Shown: piece after piece, positions 51,322-61,020 of the stretch
Position numbering within the stretch: position 1 is the first letter of the stretch
Layout: each line of letters opens with the position of its first letter
NCBI GenBank assembly: GCA_965649825.1
Contig: OZ287700.1
Location: forward strand, 1,488,001 to 1,552,000
Reading direction: 5' to 3'
Source of the DNA: Penicillus capitatus
Lineage: Eukaryota; Plantae; Chlorophyta
Length of the DNA: 64,000 nucleotides
Translations under genes and position numbers: made by a program
The notes under the pieces: model-generated
Databases searched by the model: none
Told to the model about the DNA's origin: nothing
Seen by the model: the letters and a program-made list of their open reading frames with translations, nothing else

Positions 51322-51436
51322 TATGGCCTTTGTTGTACTAACGTGTTGTGCAGGCCTGCGAATCAAGCATATGGCCTTTGTTGTATTAACGGGTCACTCA
51401 GACCCGCGGATCTGAGAAGCCTTTGCTATATTAACG
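51322..51436. repeat. Three ~22-bp direct repeats separated by unique palindromic spacers
   Basis: TATGGCCTTTGTTGTACTAACG (51322-51343), TATGGCCTTTGTTGTATTAACG (51370-51391) and degenerate AGAAGCCTTTGCTATATTAACG (51415-51436). Spacers of 26 and 23 nt contain GCAGGCCTGC and CTCAGA-CCCGCGGA-TCTGAG. Confidence 0.8.
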
Positions 51437-51448
51437 ATTCTTGTGAAC

Positions 51449-53606
51449 CAGTGTTCGGGATGCGGATTACGACGGTGTGTGAATGTTGGTTTAAAGCCCC
51501 TTCGCCATCGGCATTTAGAGCTGCAATACAAGGAGGTTGTTCGAAGTGTTCGAAGTGTTTCTAGTTAGATCTATGAGTTAACTTTGAGTGACCAGTCTAA
51601 AATAGATCCAAAATGAGAATATGCGACCCTAATGCTTATTCTTGTTTTCCCACAAGTGATGTAGGGCGCACAGGAATTTTGTCAAAGAACAGATGTTGGG
51701 ACGCTTTTGAAGAAAACCACTGAGGGCTTCCAAGGTCTGGATGCCCGGGAGGTGCTGGGAACGAAGATGCCAGATGCGGGGACAATGGAGAATGTGTTGC
51801 CGTGTTTCCTCAGATTGGCCGCACAGTCTGCAGAGAGGGGATTCATGTTTCCGAATTCGGTGCAGATATGAACGGGATCTCCAGTGATCCAGGAGAAATT
51901 GTGCTAGTAAGGACAGATCGAGGCGCCGGTAATTTTTAAAGATCCAAAGGGCTCGCCAGGCGAAGGGGCCCCAGGGGAGCGATGTTCTGCCTGAGGCTGG
52001 GTGTGGGTCCTCGCGAAAGGACGATACTGTTTGGGTGTGGTTCTAACTTCGAATTTCAGACTTCCATTGGGGAGCGTTGATACTCTGAGAGAGTATGCGA
52101 GATTCTCTCGGCAGGAGTGCAAAAAGTTGTCGAGTGACTGATAGACGAGACGGGTAGGTCTGGGTGACCTGTGCTGAGAGTTGTTCAGCCGACCAGTGCG
52201 TTGTTTTCTTCAGAATTTCTGACCGAAGGAGGGACTCAAAGGTGTCCAGGCCTGCGAGATGCATGACTTATGTAAAGGGCGAGGAGCGAAAGGTGGCCGT
52301 GATCACTATGGCAGCGATGCGTAAGATGCGATTGATCTTTTGCGTCTTGGTTTTATTATGGTACACTAAGGGACCCCAGGACGATGCGGCATATGTGGCT
52401 TGGGGAATTAGTGTTCCACGTATCAAGGTGCGCATAATCTGAGGAGAAGCTCCCTAATGTGTAGCTGCTAATCTGCGGATAAGGAGGAGGGATTACGACG
52501 GTAGAAAACCGCGGCACCGAAAGGAAATGCAAGTGACAGACTGTAACCGTGTCATTTATAACGTCGGACGATTATTTCCGTACTGTTCGTGCCAGAATGT
52601 CATCCGAGGATATCATTGCCGAGCTCTTAAACTCGAGACTATAAGGATCTAGTGATAATCGCACTTAATGGATTTCTGCTACCATACCAGTCTTTCGAAG
52701 AATCAAGAAGTTATATGGCCTTGTTTGTTTACTTCATTTCAAAAAGTGAAAGCTATTACTAAGGTTGGAAACAGTGAATAAAAGATTCGACATCAGATCG
52801 CTGATTCGGTAGTATAAAGATCGCGTTTTCATTCCATCCCTGAGTCATCGTTTCAAACTCCTACATCAGGAGCTTAATGCAACGGCGACAGATAGTTCAG
52901 TTGGTGAGACGAAGAGTTAACTTTGACCATTATCAACCCGACACTGATGAACACGAAGAAACCGCAATTGAAGTGTAGCGAGAGTATAAGGTATTCCGAA
53001 GAAGTCACGAAACACCATGTAATAAGTGCCCATTATGTGGTTCGAGACGTACAAGCAATTATTTCCATCTTCTGCATGTTATGTCATGCAAGTTTTTTCA
53101 ATTAGCGCGACACAAATCTCAGCGAAGCGCTTGTTTTCTGTGGTTTTTTGATCGCGAACTTATGGTGTACTTGGCTTGTCGTTATATATCGACTGTCAAA
53201 ATCGAGGAAGGTGTTATGCTTCATTTATGAGCCGATAGTAGACAACTAAGAACCGAGTTAGTTAAACATACTAAGAGATCTGAGAATCAGAACATATGCT
53301 AGACGAGCATAAGATGAGGACACGTCATTATGACCGACGAACCGATCAGGGCTCGAGATCAGCGGACACTCAAATCTGTTCCGGCGCTAGTTGGCAAGAA
53401 CCGGAAAGTGGAACAAATTATCAAGTATTGTTGTGTGCCTAGGATTACACCTTATATCCGCCATGAACGTTTTACAAGCATACTCCGTTATCCTCGCAAA
53501 ACCGAATACCAGGTTTGCGAAAATACCGCGTCGCGTAAGAAATTAAGGGACGCGGTTTAGTAAAGACCGGGGAAGCCGATTCAAATCTGCGATTCGCCCA
53601 ACACTG
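51449..53606 (+). mobile_element. Decayed, internally deleted hAT-superfamily DNA transposon, interrupted by a LINE
   Basis: Frame 53026-53151 reads VPIMWFETYKQLFPSSACYVMQVFSISATQISAKRLFS, matching the hAT dimerisation motif (PLxWW..FP.L..LSIPATS..ERxFS). IIAELLNSRL*G near 52612 resembles the ..LLDPRxKG block. Imperfect TIRs CAGTGTTCGGGA (51449) and CAGTGTTGGGCG (reverse complement ending 53606). Flanking 8-mers match only 5/8. Confidence 0.5.
51477..52489 (-). mobile_element. 5'-truncated non-LTR retrotransposon (LINE, I/Tad1/R1/Ingi-group-like) remnant with 13-bp TSD
   Basis: One minus-strand frame (52489 to stop at 51629) reads IRRLAATH*GASPQIMRTLIRGTLIPQATYAASSW..INRILRIAAIVITATFRSSPFT*VMHLAGL (RT thumb region) through LSLLAQFLLDHWRSRSYLHRIRKHESPLCRLCGQSEETRQHILHCP (C-terminal CCHC knuckle). 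Three in-frame stops and no frameshift. Flanked by exact GGATTACGACGGT at 51464-51476 and 52490-52502. Confidence 0.85.
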
Positions 53607-53735
53607 GCGTAAACCTTCGATTCTGAAAAGTCGCAGAATGCCCGTTCCATTATCGCCGTCTTCACTTCCTGATCAATTGCGGGCCATCGCCAACACACCA
53701 TCAACAAACGTTGTCGACTCTCGACAGAGTTCCAG

Positions 53736-54354
53736 ATGATTTCGAACAGAGTACCTTCCAACGTCTCTTTACCTGTTCGCGTCCGCGGCCGCCCTCTTGC
53801 ACGTACAGCATCTTTACCTCCCGTGACTCGTCAAGTCTCTGGATCAGGGTTCCGTCGAGACGGACAACGACGCCGTTGTGCTTTCCTTCATCGTGCCAGT
53901 CTCGCTGCTGACCGCGCCGCTCTTGATATTACTAAAGCACAATCCAGTCATATCTGCTCTTTTCCCTGACGTCTCTTCTATTTTCAGATGGAGCCTCTGG
54001 GAGATCGTATCCTGGTCAAGCCTTTCGAAGCCGAAGAGGTTCTCACAGCTCTCTTGTTGTTCACACCATCTGTGGAATGCCCCACAGAAAACGGAAGGCG
54101 GAATACTGCTTCCTTCAAGCGCTGTCGATACAGGCAGAGAGGCCTGTTTTGGAGAGGTAGTCAGAGAAACGCATTTGAGCAGCTTCCAGAGACAATCAAT
54201 GTAGGTTTTGTCCATCGGAGAAGACGTGGAGCTAAAACTGTCAACAGGCGATAAAGTTGTCTTCAACATGATGTCGTCGTCGGCCAAGGTGGAGGTCGCC
54301 GATGGGGAAATCGTTTTTGTCCGTGGCAAAAATATTTTGGCAACGCTAAGCTAG
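53736..54354 (+). CDS. cpn10: Plastid chaperonin 10 (Cpn10/GroES family, single domain)
   Basis: Arg/Ser-rich transit peptide, GC-AG intron 53937-53987, then MEPLGDRILVKPFEAEE|KTEGGILLPSSA..FGE|VLSIGEDVELKLSTGDKVVF..ILATLS*. Confidence 0.9.
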
Positions 54355-54392
54355 AAACAAAGTGTTGAAAAGAACCTTCTTGCACTGTTTGT

Positions 54393-55321
54393 TTAAAGGC
54401 CTTTCTGCCAATTAACACTCCAATCGTAGGGCATGTATCTCACCTTCATCTCATGAGTAATCTGCTCCTCCTGCAAACAATAAGCACCTTGGCGCCACCG
54501 ACATTCTCCACTGATGTGACAGACCTCGAGGTAATGGTTGATAAATGCAATGGTGCTGCCGTATGCTGAAGCCTTGAAATCGGCTTGATACCATTTAAAG
54601 ATCTGGCTCAATTCCGCTGTCTTGCTGGACTCTAGGCAGTTCAGCGGATGTGAGACTATGCAAACAGCTCTTCTGGACTTACTGTCTATTTTGACCCCTC
54701 CTGCTTCGTTGATAAAACGCCGGGTCTGCATCTCCAACTGTTCTTCAAGGTGCTCTCCGTCGAACATAAACGTCGGCAATGGGGGACAGCTGTAGCTTGA
54801 ACAGTTGATAGCAAAATGAATCCTAGGATCTCCAAATTTGCGGATGACATCGTTCTCCAGGTTCTTCAAATTTGTTCTCTTGCCGGCCACGGTGATCGAT
54901 GTCAAAACAAAGAAGCGAGCACGTTCAACGAGACTCACGTTCCCTATCACCGGATCAACCGCACTTGTCTTCTAATCAGATGACGTGACGGTTTACCTTT
55001 CCACTTCTTGTCTGTTTTTTCTAATTTCTGATAGGCGAGATAGATGCTCCAGAGGTTGTAGGCATTGCAATAGAAAGCGAGATCCTCGGGACGACTTTGC
55101 TTTATCGTTCCCGTCACCGTGTGTTGGCGAACGGCATCGAGGTTTTCTTGCAGAACCGTATCGTCTTGGAAGAGAAGATGATAGCGGACAAAGCCGGTGT
55201 CGGAAATCACGTTGCCAAGGGGTTGCATCTTCACTTTCGCTGTCTGGGACGTCACGCGTCGACGAAAAGAAAAACAGCAGCAGCGAGATGCACGCTGAAC
55301 AGGCACCATACGTAGTGTCAC
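54393..55321 (-). CDS. DUF547-domain protein
   Basis: EDLAFYCNAYN, LKNLENDVIRKFGDPRIHFAINCSSYSCPPL, LEEQLEMQTRRF, LSQIFKWYQADF and YMPYDWSVN. The 5' end is uncertain and may extend towards 55640. Confidence 0.85.
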
Positions 55322-55786
55322 CGTACGACAAAAGAACAGTAAGCGTTGCTGAATCTAAGAACTCGAGCAATATGTACTGCCGTGCTGCCGAAAAGGGCGG
55401 CGACGGTTTGATCTGCGATTGTTATGGAATCGGGGGATGGTTCATCTGCTATCCCGCCCAAGAAAAGCAACACGCGACAGAGACCGCGCTCTGTCTTTGC
55501 GTCGAATACAGAACCGTTTGATGGCTAATGCCCGACTGCAGACCGTCGGGGTCGAAAGAGCCACAGGATAACATCATCACCCGCGACGCAGCGCAGGGCG
55601 AAATGAAGGTAGCTATGATTACGAACAGCAGCCGCATTGTGGCTGCTTTGGCAAAGGCGTTGCTCCAAGATGGGGTCAAGTAAAAAATGATGGGCAATTC
55701 CGATGGCCAATCGATGGGCACGCGGACCGTAACCATCGAATGGGACATCAAGATGGAAAGACAGTCGCCGTCGGGGGAACTGTGAA

Positions 55787-58741
55787 TTACAACTGCTTGT
55801 GCATCTCTGCTGCGAGAAGTGCATCAGGATCGTAGCCGAGTTCAAAGAGTTTAGCAGAAAGGACTTGAACTTTGGTATGTTCAATGCCCAAACAAACCAA
55901 CATCTCGTTCTTTGTCTCGCTATCCACTGACGCCTCCAATTGTCCCTCGAGATCCGAAATCTGTAAAGAATGGACTGAGGAGAAGACGATTATTCTTTTC
56001 TCGTGCCTGGAGACGGAGTTGTTGAATGAGGGATTCCTGTTGGGTGAGTCCTTCTTGGAGTGGGCCTTCCTGCGGCCGTTGCTGCTTAAAGGATGAAAGC
56101 TCTTCCGTCACTTGCTGAAGCCTTGTCTTCGTAGCATCCAACTCGATCTGCAGTTTCTGCACCGTCGTGTCTTCCTCTGCTCCTGCCTGTTTTTCCGAAC
56201 CGGCTATTCCCTGCTGGACAACGGGCGCTGCTGGCTGAAGTGCCTCCCCGGCTGTACGGCTTTGGCTGGGTTGCAGGTAAGAGTGCAGAACGGCCGACAT
56301 GTGGGCGAGCTTCCGATGCAGATCCACGTGTGCTGGGCCTTTGGTCTTGTCATGGGCTGCCTTCAAGAAAAGGATGAAATTGTCCACGCCCACGGATCCC
56401 ATCACCACGTTCTTCAGATACTCACGCATCGCCTGAGAATCTAACAAAGAAACGCACTGCAGCACTTCTCACCCAACGCTATGCTTGCTTCACTTGCATA
56501 ACTGGGACACTCAATGACAGTCGTGAGACATGTGACAAATATGAGCGAAACGAAATGGATCCCCGAGAGTCTCCAGCTCGGTGTGTCGATGGTATCCTCT
56601 ACCGTCTTCTGAAGATGTGTGACCAAGAGGGACACGCAGGATTCGATCTGCAGAAGTGCTTCCACGGCAGCAGGACATCCCTCCAGCGTATTCATGACGC
56701 ACAGGCTCAAAGCATCGCAGATTCCAGGATTGGAACCAAAGCGGACACTCTCCGAGAGCAGATCCATCAGCCTAACCAAATCTGTCACTCAGCGTCGATC
56801 CCCGAACAGCCATTTGTACCAGAAAAGCACTCGACCCGATTTTTGTCCATGGGGCAGAGTCACCTGCTGGGTGACGCAAGCCGTTTGCAGGACGTGGTTG
56901 TCGCGAAGGATGCAGGATAGGATCTGAAAGGCAGACGACACCGTGCACTTGGCCGCCAATAGAACCGTTCATCACTTGTGCGGCACGTCTGCCCGATTCT
57001 GATCCTTCGCGGCATGTGTCCAGTGCATTCAGCAGCTCAGTCAGAAAAGCATGATCCGTGGGTTGGCGTCCCTCGAAGGAGATCTGAGAAGAGAAGGTAC
57101 GCTCCTGCGCCTCTCGGTTGGAATCGTAGAAGCTTTGGAGCACGCCGTACGCTGCTAGAGACTCTTGCCGCTCATGAGCAACGAGGGCCATCCTTAGCAG
57201 CGCCTATCCAACACAGCTGCTCGCGAAGACGCACGCAGACGGAATGGAATCTCTCGCTGACCAAGAGTGCTTCGACGGGTTGACCGTCGAGGAAAACTCT
57301 GAGCTTGACAAGGAGCTTCTTGGCATCGGGGACGAATCGAACAACACGGCTCATGCATCGCAAGGACATGACGCGCACTTCCACATCTCTCACGCCTACG
57401 ACATCCCACAGCCACTGAAGCAGAGAGACACACTTCGACTCGCCTCCTTGGTTGAGGCACAGTTGCGAGAGAACAGGAAGACAGTCGGATTGATTCATCC
57501 ATTGGCAGTTTGCTATGTGAGCCTCCTGCATGTCGGTCTCATTCTCATGAACCTGAGGCGGAATGAGGGGACGCCGGTAGAGAACAGGCAGAAACCAGTA
57601 TCTCGGCGAGCTTCAGTGCCATTCTGAGATGATCGATGCGTTGCTGGGTCACGTTCTGGTTCGCGCTCTTCAGCGATTCGACGCCCGAAGAGCTGACATT
57701 CACAAGTTCCAGGAATCTCAACAGGGGCTCCACCATGCCTTCTTCCCTGTGGGAAGTCGTCTCGTGGGAGGCTTGTCGACAGACGAACCTGAAAATCTGG
57801 TGCGTCGTTTCGTTGTCTCGGAGAACTTGCGCCATCAGCTCCAGACAATCCCGAACAACGATGCTGCCCTCTGGGCCGCCTTCTCCCTTCACGATGTCAA
57901 AGAGCTTCGCAAAGATTCCGCCTCTGGCGGCAGATCCTTGCAGAGAAGGATGATTGGCGGTCAGTTGAATCAGAATCAGCAGAACTTCGTTTCTTATCGC
58001 CTCGCGTTCAGATAGCAAACTTAGTAGACCCTTCAATCCGTCCTCTCGTCTGTGCACCACTTCCTGGACCGTGTCTGTCCCAAGAAGCATCCCGCGAATT
58101 GGCGGGCTTCACTTGGAGCTTATAGAGGCCGGTTTTCAAGCAGCAGTTCAGGATCTGGACGGCGTGGTAGTAGACATAGAAATCGTGCACGCCGGTTGGT
58201 TCCGGATCCAACAGGGAAAGCACAATGGTCAGATGGTCGAGCGACTGAACGAACAATTCGCAGTTTGCAGAAGGCGTCGCAGTTGTCTGTCTTCACACAC
58301 AGACTCCTTGTTGTGCCTGCCGTGCAGTGAGTGACAGTGATTGCCTTCGTGTCTTCTTCCGCAAGTGCGATCGCCAGCAGCTCAAGTGTCATCTGAATGA
58401 GCTCGAGGTCTTCTCTTTCGGCCAAAATCTCGACCACTAGAGAGATGCCGCCCAAAGATCCGAAATCTGCCTTGACCTGATGGACAGGATTCGATCGAGA
58501 ACGAGCAGGAATGGACACAATGAGACTTCTGAATGGCTCTGCAGAAGTTCTTTGATGTCGTTCAGCGCCATCCGCTTCTCCTCGAGAGAAGACGTCTCTT
58601 TCACCCGGTGCATCAGCTGCTCGAGAACGGAGGCATTCTCTCCAGCTCCCAAAGTTGCAGCACCTGGCAGAACAGATGCTGCTGTTCTCTATCGACGCCT
58701 GCAGACGCCGGACCTTTTGCTAACTTGTTGAAGACCTGCAT
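55787..58741 (-). CDS. USO1: Vesicle-tethering factor Uso1/p115 (golgin candidate 6-like)
   Basis: VLEQLMHRVKETSSLEEKRMALNDIKELL, YVYYHAVQILN, IRNEVLLILIQLTANHPSLQGSAARGGIFAKLFDIVKGEGGPEGSIVVRDCLELM (armadillo head). Final exon ISDLEGQL..EMLVCLGIEHTKVQVLSAKLFELGYD resembles the Uso1 C-terminal motif. Confidence 0.9.
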
Positions 58742-59131
58742 GGAGAACCGTCCAGAGCAATCGTCAGATACGGCAGTCTGCGTCGCATCCGTTGCACACG
58801 ATACGGACACCGTAGACACGAATAGACATCTTTCGCGGAGACGCGATCGGAACGAAGGCCGCTGAAGACTCCAGAAAGCAGAGCCGATGGCGATGTCAAA
58901 CCAACTCAGTTCATGGCGTTTACACTCCTTCGTGGATCTCGAAGTCGTGCAAAGCAAACAGTCGGCGAGAAATGCGCCGCTCCGAGTTCGACTGAATTCG
59001 CAGATGCTCAACACGTTCAACGTACGAGTCCAGATCCAGGCTGAAGGACGAGGATTCTGAAACACTTGCAAAAGAGAGACGATCAAGAAGAGAGAGAGAT
59101 TGAAACGCCGCGAGTGACGCGTCATTCGAGC

Positions 59132-60490
59132 TCAAATTTTGTGCAGCTTGGTCACGATGCCAATTCGCACACGCTGATCGAGGGCACCGCAAACGAAGAG
59201 TCCTTCTCGGTCAGGACTCCAGTCGAAGCAGCTGATCGGTTGAGAGGAGAGGTTGCAGTGACTCAGGTTCTCTGCGGTACCGACCACACCCTTGAGCTTT
59301 CCGTCTTCCGCCTCGAGTCAAAGCCGCACTTGATGGATCAATGAGACGTCCCGTCGAGATCTCTTACCTTTCGCGTCCGTTTCGGCGGGTACCGGTATTT
59401 GTACAGAGCCACGGTGCCGTCTCCGTGTGTGACCATCCAGATCTCGCGGTTTTGGGGTAGATGTTGAGCGGACCAGCACGTGCTCTTGAAATCCGTAGTC
59501 ACTGTTAACCGGGCCAATCCCTGAAAGAGAAGTGGCCAAAACGACGAGGGATGCATCGGCGACCTCCTGCGGGTGCTGTGTTCTGGCATCGAAGACATGC
59601 AACTGAGATTCGAGACAAGCAACGGCGAATTTGTTCATCCGAATGTCCGGTCGATCGAACTGCACGCCGCAAACGGCGTTTGGCACGTGCGTCTCCCAGC
59701 GCACCTGTGAAAACACAAGCTCTTTGTCCTGTGGACGTCCGAGGCATGCCTGATTCATTCTCAGGTCGAATAGTTTAACGTCTCCGTTGTCGTAGCCTGC
59801 TAGCAGACAACGTTCTTCGTCGTTGAAAGAGTTTCCAAATGCCACTGTCCAGCACTCCCTCCAAGACAGTGTTCGAGAGAAGGTGTTTGTGCGCGCTGGA
59901 AGTGCCTTTTGGCGGATCCGGCGATCGGCTCGAAGGAGGCGACTGGGGAATGCAATTGACGCACGTCGAAGACATGCACACAGCCATCGCGACCGCACGT
60001 TGCGACTTCGGGAGGTCCGTGTCCGTCGCATTTGCCGCCACACCCGTCTATGGCGTTGATGGAGCTGGAATGCGCGCGCACGTTCGAGACGGCGTCCTTG
60101 GCGGCGTCGAGATCCCACAAGCTGAGTGTGCCATCGAAGCCGCCCGTGGCCATCCACCGGTTCGCGAGCGAAGAGGCCCCAAACGTGCCGCACCTTAGAG
60201 CGATCGGTTTCTGGTATTCTGCAAGTCGCTTCACGTCGGCGCCGTCAAGTTCGAAGACCTAGACTTCCAGTTTTGACAAGGGCGTTTGCGGTTAGTGACC
60301 TGGATGGATCCTGTTCCTTTCGGATATGAGCCCAGAACGACGAAACGCGCGCTGCAAGGGATCCATCTGCAGAGTGCCGATGCATTTGCTGTCGCGGTCA
60401 GTCTTCAGATTACTTGCAGTCGTAGATGGTGATGTTCAGCGATTTCGAAAGGTGTTCGAGTATCTGCGGTCTGTTGACGCTGTCGACCAT
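59132..60490 (-). CDS. WDR92: WD40 protein WDR92/DNAAF10 (axonemal dynein assembly co-chaperone)
   Basis: Spliced: MVDSVNRPQILEH..IYDCK|WIPCSARFVVLG..GTGSIQ, LRCGTFGASSL, ECWTVAFGNSFNDEERCLLAGYDNGDVKLFDLR, FDRPDIRMNK and QPISCFDWSPDREGL..DQRVRIGIVTKLHKI*. Confidence 0.93.
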
Positions 60491-61020
60491 ACTCGATCCG
60501 CAAGACGACGACCGGACAGTGCCGAAAGGCGAAAAGAGTCCTACGAGGCTGGAAGACAGGTCAACGGGTCGTCTAGCGAGGGCGACGTTTCGTCAACGCC
60601 GGCTCTTTCTTCTTCCTCGCCTTTTGGAACGAAGCACGCTCAGCAAAGCCCTTTGACCGTGATCGCGGCCTTTTGCTTCGGCGTGACATTTGCCTATCCT
60701 ATTGATTGTACGCGAACTGACGCCGGCCTTGTGACGACATGCGAGGTACAAGTCGTAACACGCATTCATACTGCTCGGAATTCTCAAGAGGATTCTTTCT
60801 CCAGCGATGACGACCACGTCCTCGAAGACGGAGGTTTTGTGCCGGCTATTTTTCGCGATCCATGTGTCTGCTCTTCTTGACAAGAGGCATGCGACTGTCG
60901 TTTGTTGTGGCCGACAACCGACGTTTAATTGATCGCGATTGTCAATTGTGCAATCAGAGCGTTTAGCTGTGCATGCGCGTCAATCGCCGTACCGCGATCG
61001 CTGCCACCACGCGAAGCGCA

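Noticed and set aside
51322-51436. Bona fide CRISPR array
   Set aside because: Only three short repeats, no cas genes or leader, intron-rich eukaryotic context. Reported as a repeat instead.
51629-52489. All internal stops in the LINE frame are TAA/TAG, suggesting the TAR=Gln code of some ulvophytes
   Set aside because: Host genes terminate at TAA/TAG (RAP 7207, cpn10 54354, Uso1 55787) and long conserved ORFs lack internal TAR. One LINE stop sits at a conserved Trp, so these are decay mutations.
52942-52965. CTGATGA...GAAA hammerhead core
   Set aside because: No convincing stems I-III around the motif; it lies within decayed transposase sequence.
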